The notes under the pieces: generated by a model
What the model saw: the letters and a program-made list of their open reading frames with translations, nothing else
The model's database searches: none
Told to the model about the DNA's origin: nothing
Origin: Octopus bimaculoides
Lineage: Eukaryota
Direction of reading: 5' to 3'
Assembly: GCF_001194135.2 (NCBI RefSeq)
Contig: NC_068981.1
Location: 95,234,145 to 95,279,297 of the forward strand
Length of the DNA stretch: 45,153 bases
In this document: positions 1 to 13,269 of the stretch, one piece after another
How the letters are laid out: each line of letters opens with the position of its first letter
How positions within the stretch are numbered: position 1 is the first letter of the stretch
Position numbers and translations under genes: made by a program

Positions 1-240
1 ATATATATGAGTGAGAGGTGTATGTATATTTTGTGTTTGAGTTTGTCTGCCCCACTACTGCTTGACAACTGGTGTTGGTTTGTTCAATCCTCATAACTTA
101 ACAGTTTGGCAGAAGAGACCAGTAGAATCAGTACTAGGCTTAAAACTAAGTTCTGGGCTTGATTTAACTTAAAAACCCATCAAGGTGATTGCCTTGCCAT
201 GGCCAGTTCAATGACTAAAATAAGTAAAAGATAAAAGACA
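1..240 (+). mobile_element. SINE family A, 3' half
   Basis: Aligns by eye to the 3' half of the copy at 28152-28550 (gcttgacaac...aagtact...catggcc...gact-aaa-aagtaaaaga). Confidence 0.75.
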
Positions 241-242
241 AG

Positions 243-990
243 AGACAATTTATCAGTCTCTAACCAGTTTCTCTATTCCACAACAAATCACTAAGTGAGC
301 ATTTAATGCAGTAAATAATCTTTTTGGTTATATAGGTGAAATAAGTGGGGACATGGAATGTGAAGTTAGGTCTGTGTAGGGTTGTTGTGTTCTGGATTAA
401 GGGACAGGTGTTGCTGTGGGAACAGGCAAAGGATCTATGTTGAGTGTAACAAGAAATGAAAGAGCAATAAGGCAGAAGGTCATGCAGGTTGTAGTCACAT
501 CTGCTGCAAAATGGTGTTCTGGGATAATGTGGAAAATAGCAGTATCAGATTAGAGGAGGGAAGTGTCATACAATAGTGTTTTGGAGAGGTAAGGTGGTGG
601 ATGATTAGTAGGTGAGAAGGAATGGTGGTTGGTGAGAGGGCAGATATGTGACATGAGAGTGAAAAGAAAATCAAAAGCACAGGTGTAACAATTTGTTGAG
701 GATAACAATATTCTGTGGAGTTGCAGGCCAGTTGGTGCAACTTGGCACTGAAATCAGTTGTGGCTACAAGATGGTGGAGGCAGAAGAATTGATGATGCAT
801 GGAGGTGAGAGTGGGGTAAGATGAGGTGAAATCAAGACAAAAGTTAACAGATGGTGAGAGATGATGGATATACAATTTAGTGCATGATGGAAAGAGTTGT
901 TGAAAGCAATGGGTGTAAAGCTGTGTTGTGGGATGATGCCCCTGTAATGTCTGTGTAGCTTGTTCCTTTCCCCTCACCTCCTATTGTCAC
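243..990 (-). mobile_element. Penelope-like element remnant (GIY-YIG endonuclease region), decayed
   Basis: Minus strand translates ...TCPLIQNTTTLHRPNFTFHVPTYFTYITKKIIYCIKCSLSDLLWNRETG*RL, matching the PLE IY-I-C-C--Y-GET pattern and the fragment at 1786-2055. Confidence 0.6.
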
Positions 991-1039
991 ATGACCTCTT
1001 CAACACTCTGTCTTGCTGTATTTCAGTCTTCTTTTTTCA

Positions 1040-1740
1040 CATGGGCCTGTGGTTGAGAAGCTTGCTTTGCAACTAGGTGGTTTTGGATTCAGTCCCACTG
1101 TGTGGTGCTTGGGTGTCACCTACTATAGTGTTGGGTTGACCTATGCTTTGTATGTGAATTTGATAAATGGAAACTATGTGGAAGTCTGCCGTGTGTATGT
1201 GTGTGTGTGTGTGTCCATTTTTGTCTCCCCACTATCACTTGGTAACTGGTGTTGGTTTGTTTACATCCCATTAACTTAGCACTCCGGCAAAAGAGAATGA
1301 TAAAATAAGCCACCCGACTTAAAAATAAGTACTAAGTTCGATTAGTTTAACTAAACCAGTGGTTCTCAACTGGGGTCTGTATGGACCCTGAGGCTCCATA
1401 TAAGATTTTTTGGGGACCATGCAACAAAATAGTAAACTGGGGATCTACAATATTATTTTAAAGGCTCCTGAAAATTTTTTTATCTATGTATGTATTGTGA
1501 TAAACAACTAGGTTTCTTTCTCTAACATTTTACATAGTTCAAGCTACACAAGTTAATGTGTGAAAAACAAAACAAAAACTTTGAAAGCAGTTCCTATAAA
1601 ACTAGCTTTGAAACATCGAATGGCTATGGAGGTCCACCAGAATAAAATAGTAACAAAAGGGGAGAACCCCTGAACCAGGACTGCTTCAAAGTCGTACTCC
1701 AGCATGGTCACAGTCCAATGACTGAAACAAAAGTTAAAGA
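1040..1740 (+). mobile_element. SINE family A with nested hAT-like MITE
   Basis: tRNA-like head (ggattcagtccc box B), core, (TG)n and family-A tail, interrupted at 1357-1672. Confidence 0.75.
1357..1672. mobile_element. hAT-type non-autonomous element (MITE)
   Basis: Termini CAGTGGTTCTCAAC...GGAGAACCCCTG form an imperfect TIR typical of hAT/Charlie; SINE sequence resumes on both sides; 8-bp TSD degraded. Confidence 0.6.
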
Positions 1741-1759
1741 TCTTCCTAATTTCTCACTC

Positions 1760-2150
1760 TTTCTGCAAATTTAACTACAGTCTGGGTGAAATTTTTAGCC
1801 AATTCTTTCATTCATCCCTCCGTCTCCTCCCACATCCACTGTCCCTTCATCTTGAATATGACCACCCTAAACAGACCAGACTTCTTCCATGTCCAAACCT
1901 ATTTCATATGCACAACCACAAACATTATTTACTGTACTAAATGCCAGCTTTGTGGTTTGTTGTATTTTGGAGAAATTGGTTTGGGATTAGCAGATTGTTT
2001 TTGGGACCCACCTTTGATAGCCAATGTAACGACACTGGATAATTTCACCCTGTAACTTCAATTCTCCTGACCACATCTACCTGCTTTAAGACCATGGACC
2101 CACAGCTTGCCTAATTGGTAATACCACCCTCTCTAAGTCTCGTTCACTCA
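1760..2150 (+). mobile_element. Penelope-like element remnant (GIY-YIG endonuclease)
   Basis: ORF 1786-2055 FICTTTNIIYCTKCQLCGLLYFGEIG, followed by a frameshifted FNSPDH motif. Confidence 0.7.
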
Positions 2151-2211
2151 CACACAAGTATTCCTTAATTGCTCCCAAAATACAGCAGAACATACACACT
2201 CTGAATATGTT

Positions 2212-2220
<9 letters not shown>

Positions 2221-2307
<87 letters not shown>
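2221..2307. repeat. (CA)n microsatellite
   Basis: Directly visible. Confidence 0.98.
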
Positions 2308-2308
<1 letters not shown>

Positions 2309-2819
2309 TCCTGTGCATAATTTTTTAACACCTCTCCTTTGGCTCTAAAACCCTTACATTATCTCTCTTAGCTCAAAATGCGAAACAAAACAAGGCTCCT
2401 TATGGCTGCACCCACTTTTATTATTTATTTCACTACTTGGCTTTCATTGTAAACATTGCTACCACATATCCCCACTCCTTTTTTATTTGTTCTTAGTTAA
2501 GATGCTATCTGAAATATTGGACTCTGTTTCTTCCTTACACCATTAAATTTATTACCTTGCATTCTTGTTTGTGGTCTTTTTATTTTTGAAACTTTATCTA
2601 CATATAACCAGGTTATGTTAACACAGACCTCTAGATCAACATTGGGTTGAATTTACGCTATGAGATGACTGAAAAAGCAAGGCTGAGTCCCGGAGAGTCT
2701 TCTCTTTCATATTGCTTTCACTTACCAAATAGAGGAGAGAATACAGCCTCATTGCAAAGTTACAAAGTACTTTCATAGCAGCATATAGTTTCTACTCTGT
2801 AGTGCTTAATTAAAAAAAA

Positions 2820-3097
<278 letters not shown>

Positions 3098-3347
3098 GAA
3101 TACATTATCAATGGTATTTATTATAGATTTCTGTTAGCATTCACATTTGACACTTGTTGAATGAAATAGAATGTTTTAGAAACGTTATTCTTATTTTGAT
3201 GCATAAATTTGTTGTTTTTCTTAATGTTGTTTCACTATGTTAAAGATTTTGATTAAGTTTTAATTTCATCCCATAATTAAGATTACGTGTAACACTGAAA
3301 CACTTGTCATGACAATATAATATTATAAATGTTCTTTTTCTTTTCAG

Positions 3348-3432
3348 TCTCTCTTCTGGATAATAATTTTTGGTTTATTTGCTGTATTTGTCTTTATCAT
3401 AATTTGGGGCTTTAGCAAACTGAAAGCCAAAG
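3348..3432 (+). CDS. sws: sws exon 1 in window (N-terminal transmembrane helix)
   Basis: tttcag acceptor, [28 protein letters not shown], gtaagc donor; phase 1 fits next exon. Confidence 0.8.
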
Positions 3433-6400
3433 GTAAGCTTTGATTTAGATATTGTATTTTAAATTTTGATTGCTTATGACTTCCAAATTAATACCTTTTG
3501 TAATTATTGATTGTCAGATACTACTCAAAAGAACTGCAAAATTAGTTTTGATCTGAAATATTTTATGCAACACTTTTTTTATTTTTACTAAGCTTTCATT
3601 ATTACTTCTTACCAGATAAATAGGTTACTAAACATTTAAGAAAAATGAATATTTATTTTAGCGTACACACACACACACACACACGATTGTTGCATAAAAA
3701 AAGACAAAAAAAAAATGAGTGTTGTATGAAGATGGAATGCGGATAAGAAGGATTCTTTTTTTTTTTTGTTTTATCAGAAGTAGAATGGAAGTGCACATGA
3801 CCTTTGCAGGTTCTCCAAAAAGAAAACTTGGGTGGAAAGAATTCTTGAGAACTAGAAAGGGAAGGAAGAATTGAGTGAAGGTTAAGTATGGGGTTTTTGT
3901 GAGTGAGATTTATTGAAGATGGCTAGAGGAAGAGACAGAGGTGGTACATTAAGTAAGCTTCAGCAGAGGTGATATGCAACTTACAAGTTTAGAGCTGAAG
4001 CTGTTGTTAGGGCAGTAGAAGAAAGAATGTCTATCAAGCCAATACCTGTAGTGTGACGCTGACTAATATTTGCCTATCAGCCTTTATAATTTTATTTCTT
4101 TTGAGATGTGGTCTCAGCTCCACCACCACCATTGCCACTATCGTCCTGGATATGTAAGAGATGACAATTTATAAGAGCTGAAGTATTTTCTGACTTCGAA
4201 GGGGAAGTAAAATTTATAGAGCACAATTCTAATAATGTTCATCATTATCATTTAATGTCCATGTTCCTTGCTGTCGTGGGTTGGATGGTTTGACAGGATT
4301 CAGAAAGCCACAAGGCTGCACCACGATCTAGTGTCAGCTTTGGCATGTTTCCTATAGCTGAATGCCTTTCCTAATACCAATTGCCATTATATTGTGTATT
4401 GGATTTTCTCTTTTTTTTTCATGCCACTGACACTAGTGAGGGTGCCCAGTAAGTTGCTAGACAGAAAAGAACAGGAAAGAGAAAAATCCCCCCATGACTC
4501 TGTGTGTATATTAAGTAGGGGGAGGTGGTTTTATACCAGGAGCTGAGAGGCTAAAGTAGAGAAGATACATGGCTGCTCCACATTATAAGGGTGAGTAGTA
4601 GCATTGGGAAGATTAAGATAAAGATGGATGTGATGGTGCACCAGAATAAACTCTCCAGGTAGGTGAGCATAAGAGAGGATCTGGTCATTAGACATTATTT
4701 GAGATTGTGGAGCTTAACCTTTTTTTAGTGATTTTGAAGACTTTTATTGCCTTTTTTATGCATAGGGAGAGGGTAGTGCAAGACTGTTTTACTGATATGT
4801 ATAACAGTTATGTTTGGGTAATATTGTTGAAGGAGATTATGTTGACGTTACCTCTTTGAAGAATGTTCACAATAACTCTGTTCAAAGAAACCTTGCATGT
4901 TTGACATATGATGTATTAGTTGAATGGGGTTACACTTGTATTGGAATGGTTAAAACAGAACAAAGGAAGGCATCATCTGCATTGTTGTGTGTGTAAGGGT
5001 TAGAAATAAGTGGGATCACTAGTGCGCTGTTGCTGAAGTTATAAGACAAGACACTAATTATGTATATCAATGAAGAACAGGCTACTAATAGATTTGGTTC
5101 TTTGGAAACTGTATTAGCTCTCATAAGGAAGAGAGACTGAAGGTGATAAAGTATGCAGTTGTGTGTGAGTGTATTTTTTTCATCCTTGTGATGTTGAAAG
5201 TGAGTTAAGTATTAGTTAGCAGTCAGACATCTTGCTTTTCTTGGGAATAGCAAGAGAAGGATTGAAAAGCTTGGTAAGATTAGGATTTCTATAGCTTGAG
5301 AATGCACTGTTTCAGAATAATAGAAAATGATTTTGACTGCTTAAATTGTTGGGATTGTGGTGAATTTTAGAAGCTTTGATACTTGATGAATGCTTGCATA
5401 TACTCGTAAGACAGTCACAGTAGAATTTGAACAACAATAATAATAATGAAAACACAGTATTTCAGAATTTTTCATATTTAATTTCTATTATTTTTTTAAT
5501 GAAAATCTTTCAGTTTTACCAAATGAAACCCAGAAATCCAAAATTAGGTTTCGGAAGCGAGATAAAGTTTTATTTTATGGGAGGAAAATGCTGAGGAAAG
5601 TAAGTAAAAGACAAAAAGGTTTTATCCATATTAATTTCTTTTTTAATTTGAAAAGTCTAAGGACAATTAGATGTTCTAATATTCAACATTTGCATCAGGA
5701 GTTAATTGACCATTACTTTTGAGTGTTAGATAATCCTTAATGTTACTCTTGGAGCATTGACTTCTTTGGTATTTACTAATATAATCTTACTAAGTGAATC
5801 ATATTGACTCATCATCATCATCATCATCATCGTTTAACGTCCGCTTTCCATGCTAGCATGGGTTGGACGAGTTGACTGAGGACTGGTGAAACCGGATGGC
5901 AACACCAGGCTCCAGTCTGATTTGGCAGAGTTTCTACAGCTGGATGCCCTTCCTAACGCCAACCACTCAGAGAGTGTAGTGGGTGCTTTTACGTGTCACC
6001 CGCACGAAAACGGCCACGCTCGAAATGGTGTCTTTTATGTGCCACCCNNNNNNNNNNNNNNNNNNNNNNNNNNNNNNNNNNNNNNNNNNNNNNNNNNNNN
6101 NNNNNNNNNNNNNNNNNNNNNNNNNNNNNNNNNNNNNNNNNNNNNNNNNNNNNNNNNNNNNNNNNNNNNNNNNNNNNNNNNNNNNNNNNNNNNNNNNNNN
6201 NNNNNNNNNNNNNNNNNNNNNNNNNNNNNNNNNNNNNNNNNNNNNNNNNNNNNNNNNNNNNNNNNNNNNNNNNNNNNNNNNNNNNNNNNNNNNNNNNNNN
6301 NNNNNNNNNNNNNNNNNNNNNNNNNNNNNNNNNNNNNNNNNNNNNNNNNNNNNNNNNNNNNNNNNNNNNNNNNNNNNNNNNNNNNNNNNNNNNNNNNNNN

Positions 6401-9064
6401 NNNNNNNNNNNNNNNNNNNNNNNNNNNNNNNNNNNNNNNNNNNNNNNNNNNNNNNNNNNNNNNNNNNNNNNNNNNNNNNNNNNNNNNNNNNNNNNNNNNN
6501 NNNNNNNNNNNNNNNNNNNNNNNNNNNNNNNNNNNNNNNNNNNNNNNNNNNNNNNNNNNNNNNNNNNNNNNNNNNNNNNNNNNNNNNNNNNNNNNNNNNN
6601 NNNNNNNNNNNNNNNNNNNNNNNNNNNNNNNNNNNNNNNNNNNNNNNNNNNNNNNNNNNNNNNNNNNNNNNNNNNNNNNNNNNNNNNNNNNNNNNNNNNN
6701 NNNNNNNNNNNNNNNNNNNNNNNNNNNNNNNNNNNNNNNNNNNNNNNNNNNNNNNNNNNNNNNNNNNNNNNNNNNNNNNNNNNNNNNNNNNNNNNNNNNN
6801 NNNNNNNNNNNNNNNNNNNNNNNNNNNNNNNNNNNNNNNNNNNNNNNNNNNNNNNNNNNNNNNNNNNNNNNNNNNATAGAGTTACTACCTACTCCTTTTC
6901 TACATACTGAGCAGGGCCATCTACCTGAAGGGGTTTGTGTTTTATCTACCTTCCTACTTATTAGGATTTTGGTTTTAGCTAGGTTGACTCTAAGGCCCTT
7001 CAATTCTAGACCTTGCTTCCACACCTGAAACTTCTCCTCTAGTTCTGATAGTGACTCCGCAATTAGGGCAAGGTCATCAGCATAGAGGAGCTCCCAGGGG
7101 CAACCTGTCTTGAACTCCTCTGTGATTGCCTGGAGGACTATGGTAAATAATAGGGGGCTGAGGACGGAACCTTGGTGGACCCCTACCTCTACCCGGAATT
7201 CATTGCTGTACTCATCTAGTAAAATATTTTTTTACCAACATAAATCATGACCAATATCCTTTTCTCTACTTTTCTGATTATCTACTTAACCCATCTCATG
7301 CAACTAACACTTAGATCAATTTATTATCTTACCTCTATCACTTTTTTATGAAATATTAAATGCATTTGATACTCTTAATTAGATTTAAATCCAATGTCTC
7401 TTAACTTTTGTGACTCAGCTTCTACTTGGTTGCAATGTCTAACTGTATTAGTCAATAATGAGCTGCATACTTGCTATTATTTATGAAACAGTGAATCTGG
7501 AGCTAAAAGATGGTGTTGAAGACCCTATGATTCATAACATCAATTTTAAATCCTTTCCATTTATCAGCTCCAAGGATGCAGTTAATTTGCAGTTTTCATC
7601 ATCATAATTTAATGTTTGTTGTCCATGCTGGCATGGGTTGGATGGTTTGGCTAAGGCTGGTAAACTGAGGGGTTGCACCACACTCCAGTCTGATTTGGCA
7701 TGGTTTCTACAGCTGGATGCCCTTCCTAATGCCAGAGGTGCAATAGATTGCCTTCCCATTATCTCATTCAGGGGGATTCTTTAGGGGTAGGAGACTGTCA
7801 GATGCTCTGTTTTCTACTATAGAAAAAGCCATCTTGAAAGCCTGATTACCCAGTTGGTCTTGTCTTCATAACGATGCTGATGACTAACTGGTTGAGACTG
7901 AACTCTGTCAGAGGCTTGATTTAAATAAAGCCAAGTATATGTTGCATTTTTAAAAAATTTATTCTTGATTTAGGACATATGGTCTTGATCCTGTAAACCA
8001 CTGACGATCATGTGAGTTTCTAATTAGCATTATTGACTATTTCCCATGTTTTATAGTGACATAAATTGAGAGGGATAGGCCTAGTCCAGTGCTTGTTCTT
8101 GTATCCAAATTACAGAGCTGTTCTGATGAAAACATGCAAACTTAATTTTCCCAGTAATGGACCAATATTGTTTCCACATCCTTAAATTAAGACTTCCATC
8201 ACAATATCTACATCATTCATCATCATCATTGTCTTAATGTCCACTTTTCCATGGAATTTGTATAATTGTATGTATTCTTGGCCAAGACTCCACCAACCCA
8301 AGCAAGCATAGAAAAATGAATGTAACATTTTGATGATTATATTTCAGGTAAAAACTTTTACGAAAAACAATGTATTAGGTCCCAGAGGTCGAATGAAAAA
8401 GCGGCAGCTTGTATTGAAACTGGCAAGAAGGTAACTAATTTAATGTTTCTTGAAGTGTTTTTGCTACAATAATACTAATAATGATAACAGTAATAATAAT
8501 GTTGATAGTAGGAATAGTAGTAGTAGTAGTAGTAGTATTAATAATAATAATAATAATGGCTTCAAATTTTGGCACAAGGCCTGCAATTTTGTGGGAAGGG
8601 GATTAGTCAATACCACCATCCTTATTTTTATCCTCAACAGACAAAAGTCAGCCTTGGTGGAATTTGAGCTCAGAACATAAAGAAGCTTGAAGAGATGCTG
8701 CTAAGCATTTTCTCCAGTGTACTAATGATTCTGCCAATTCACTGCCTTAGTAATAATAAAAATAATTTATTTGAGGGAGAATTGGTGACTATTTCATCAG
8801 GGTAAACATCTGTGTTGAGACTTGCTCAGCTGGCCTTGATGACATTGGTGGAGTTGGTAGTGTCCATTAAATTACGTTGTCTGTTGATGAAAATCAGAAT
8901 GAACTTAGAAAGGAAAATCTTAATCAACATTGTTATCAGTCTTTAGTTCCTTTTACGTTTAGAAAGAATGTATCTAATAGATGTACTAATTAAAGCAGAA
9001 AATATTACTGTAATCTCATCCACTGTTAAAAATACTTGATTCACTTTCTTCAGGAATGGTCTTA

Positions 9065-9101
<37 letters not shown>

Positions 9102-12100
9102 AAGGATGGTTTAAAATCAGGATGTGTATGGCTTAGTGGTTAAGATGTTGGACTCCTGATCATAAGATTGTGGTTTCAATTGCTGGACTGGGCAACATGT
9201 GTTCTTGAGCAAAACACTTCATTTCACATTGCTCCAGTCCACTCAGCTGGTAAAAATGAGTAATCATGTGACAGACTGGTATCCCATCCAGGTGGGGAAT
9301 ATGTATGTCACAGAAACTGGGAAAACTGGCCCTATGAGTATATATGACCCAAGGAAGGATTTTTATCCATTTATCATTTATGCTCCACATTGTGACTGCT
9401 GTATGTTACTTTTGTTGTTGTTTTCATGTCTTCAACTTAGAATACAATGTTTAAAGGCTTAGATTCATCCACTTAGAACAGATTTTAAACTCATATTTGT
9501 TGTAATTTTTATTTAAAATGCCTAGACAGGTGTTAACTTAGGAGTAAATAATATTTCTTTGTGCGATGTTTCCTTGCAGGCTTCTTGAACACAAGAAAGA
9601 GAATCATCCAAAATTGCTAGTCAAAGAACCTCCACGATCTTTCTTGGAGGTTGATTCTTCTGAACAGGATGAATCTGATCATAGACTTCCTTCTGATATT
9701 TTGTATATGCTCAGAAGTGTCAGGTAAGTAAATGTGATTTTATTCAAGTTAATCTTTTGTGTATTTAAAAAATTTTTTTATACCAAACAGTATCTTTCTT
9801 CAAACAAATCTACAATAATTGTTTTTCATATAATTTGTTTCCAGTAGTAGGTTATCCTTAATGTAATCCCAGTTAAGTTCAATTATATTCCAATATGGTT
9901 TAACTTTATGTAGTTTTCTTAGAAAAGAGTTAGACTATAATTATATTTTTCTGTTTTACTTACTGAAATAACACAACTTCTTGATTCGGAGAAATATTGC
10001 TTTTTATCATTTATGTAATTAAAAAAAATTTTACGACCCTATTTTGCTTATTTTCATTTTAGTACACTGGTGTGTGTCACTCTCTTGGTTATTTCTCAGT
10101 TTCTTCTCATCATAAGTTTTGTTGTTCTGTATTGGTATTCATTTTGTATATGTAATTTCTGTAAGATTTTTCTATGCATGGAATGTTGGAAAATACAAGC
10201 TTTACAGTGACAAATCTTTTCTAAATGCCTTTAAAAACTAACATCAGTTGACTTCCTTTTAATGATTGAAATATACCAAAACTAATGTAGATTTAAAATA
10301 ACTAGAATGCTGCTTGTTCCAAGTTTTTCTTGATGTAGTAAGTGCATTAATTTTTTAAAGTTGTTAGTATTATTTTTCTATTTATTTACCTGTGGAAAAG
10401 CAGCACCTATGACCTTTGTATCCCTTCTCAGACTGGTGTGAATAATACAGTTGTTAAGTTTGAACTTCTATAGTTTAACAAATAATAAAAGTGTGGGTTG
10501 CAGCTCTTGGAAGAAATAACTGGGCAAAGTGTTTAATATATGATAGGAGAAAAGAGTGAGGTGAGACATGTTAAGGATGAGAGAAGACTGGATCAAGTGA
10601 GCTGGTGTAGGTATGATAGGAGTTTGTTAGTATAGAAGAGAGAGGCCATTGTAGAAAAGAAACAAAGCGTCTGTGTTATAGCAGATTTATTTTGATTGTA
10701 ATTAAAGGTGTTTGAGTGAATAGCAGCAGCATATTCATATATTCAAGCAACTTTCTAATGTGGATCAAACCGGAACTGAATGTCTGAAACTGATCTGAGC
10801 CAGAGTATTTTCTGTCTCTGGAAAAGACCCAACTTTTGGATGTGTAATCCATTAGTTTAAGATAGTACAGAGTTTAAGTTGTTGGATTACATAGTCCTAA
10901 GTTCAAATCTTACTATAGCCATAACGTTGTGAATCTCAAATAAGAATATAACTTTACTTGTTCTTATTTACCCTGACAACAGGTTCCATTCCTACTTTAC
11001 AAAAGAAACTCCTCATTTCTACTGGCTAGGGAATTTTCAATAAATATGATATTTGAATTATTTTTTTATTTTATATGAATTATGGTGCATTGTGTTACTT
11101 AACATTTGATTTGCCAGAGTTATTGTATACATAAATAAAAGAATAAGAATTATTTTAAATTCTCACAAGCATTATACTGGTGTTTCATTCTTCATTTATT
11201 CATTTTTCTACTCAGGGTGTTTGGACATCTTCAAAAAGATTTGTTTTTAGAGCTTTGCCGAGATTTTGAACGAAAGTTTATACCAGCAAATAGTTATCTG
11301 TTTCGCATTGGTGACAATGACGACAGTATATATGTAGTGGAAAGTGGCAAAATTAATGTCTGCTTCACTGAAAGTGTAAGTTGTTGCTTTATTCTTCAGT
11401 TTTTACTTCATTGGTAACACTTTTATCAATTTGAGAATTTGACAAGCATGTCTGTGTTGTGAGAAGTTTACTTCNNNNNNNNNNNNNNNNNNNNNNNNNN
11501 NNNNNNNNNNNNNNNNNNNNNNNNNNNNNNNNNNNNNNNNNNNNNNNNNNNNNNNNNNNNNNNNNNNNNNNNNNNNNNNNNNNNCAAATCACATGGTCTT
11601 TGGTTCAGTCTCACTGTGTGGCTCCTTGGGCAAGTGTCTTCTATTATAGCCCTAGGCCTGTCCAAGCCTTGTGAGTAGATCTGGTAGACAGAAACTGAAA
11701 GAAGCTCATTGTGTGTGTGTGTGTGTGTGTTACTCTCTCTTTGCCTTGACATCACATTATAATTGTGAGCGTCACCATCATGCAAACTGTCCTTCGTTTC
11801 CAATCTTCCATGAAAACTTGTCTGTTATGGGAAAATATTACTTTACTTGGAAACAGATGAAGGTTGATGACAGGAAAGACATCCAGCTGTAGAAAATCTG
11901 CTTCAATAAACTCTGTTTCATCCATGTAGGCATGGAAAAGTGAAGAGTGGATGTTAAAATGTTGATGACAATATTTTAGTGTTACATATTTAAATATACT
12001 CTATTAGCTGAGATTGTTTGCTAAACCAGTTTGTTATTTGGCACAAATCTTTTAAACTTGTAGACTTTATATTTCAATCTCTTATTTTTTAGGATGGAAT

Positions 12101-12665
12101 GGATTATTTAGTCAAAGAAGTACAGACTGGTGAAAGCATTCACAGTCTCCTCAGTATTGTTGATGTGCTAACGGTGAGATTTTTTTTACTCATTTTTATA
12201 TTTCCCTGATTGTGGTTAGAATTGGTTTTTATTTCATTCACATGCTAAATTCTTCTGTAACACAATGAATTGATGATTTATTAAATTCTCAAGTTCAGTA
12301 AATATTATTTCTATTGTTGCTGTCACTGTTAAAGACTCCACATTTCTCACATTTTCATTGACTGAATATATCAGTCTTGTTTGGAATAAATGTTACTGTT
12401 AAGGTTATAGAAAGTCGGAGGTAAATTTTAGAAAGCATGACCAATTGTTGAGTATATTTATTCATATTTAAAGATCATAGTAAAATATATTTCTAGCTTT
12501 TGAAAATTGGTGTTTCTAGCATCAGTACTATGAAATACGTTTCTATTTCAAATTACAAATAACGAAGTCTTCTAAATTCATTACTGAATTTATCATTTTA
12601 GCAAATCTCAATATTAAGATAATTAACAATGATAATAAGCATTTTCTTTTTTACATAAAGAAGTT

Positions 12666-12760
<95 letters not shown>

Positions 12761-13236
12761 ATATATGTGTGTGTATATNNNNNNNNNNNNNNNNNNNNNN
12801 NNNNNNNNNNNNNNNNNNNNNNNNNNNNNNNNNNNNNNNNNNNNNNNNNNNNNNNNNNNNNNNNNNNNNNNNNNNNNNNNNNNNNNNNNNNNNNNNNNNN
12901 NNNNNNNNNNNNNNNNNNNNNNNNNNNNNNNNNNNNNNNNNNNNNNNNNNNNNNNNNNNNNNNNNNNNNNNNNNNNNNNNNNNNNNNNNNNNNNNNNNNN
13001 NNNNNNNNNNNNNNNNNNNNNNNNNNNNNNNNNNNNNNNNNNNNNNNNNNNNNNNNNNNNNNNNNNNNNNNNNNNNNNNNNNNNNNNNNNNNNNNNNNNN
13101 NNNNNNNNNNNNNNNNNNNNNNNNNNNNNNNNNNNNNNNNNNNNNNNNNNNNNNNNNNNNNNNNNNNNNNNNNNNNNNNNNNNNNNNNNNNNNNNNNNNN
13201 NNNNNNNNNNNNNNNNNNNNNNNNNNNNNNNNTATA

Positions 13237-13269
<33 letters not shown>

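Noticed and set aside
3720-4230. Possible old LINE endonuclease remnant
   Set aside because: Only a GGGG-like motif amid stops; too degenerate to call
5886-7028. Long ORFs of 298-380 aa in the ORF track
   Set aside because: Artefacts of translating through N runs; only the minus-strand RT frame at 6876-7213 is real
7825-7917. Hairpin (CCAGTTGGTC/GACTAACTGG) containing CTGATGA
   Set aside because: No GAAA-stem III-UH in the right position; a modest hairpin with no other support
6048-13232. Missing sws exons hidden in assembly gaps
   Set aside because: Phases and protein sequence join cleanly across the gaps (MLRK/VKT, FTES/DGM, DVLT/GHP)
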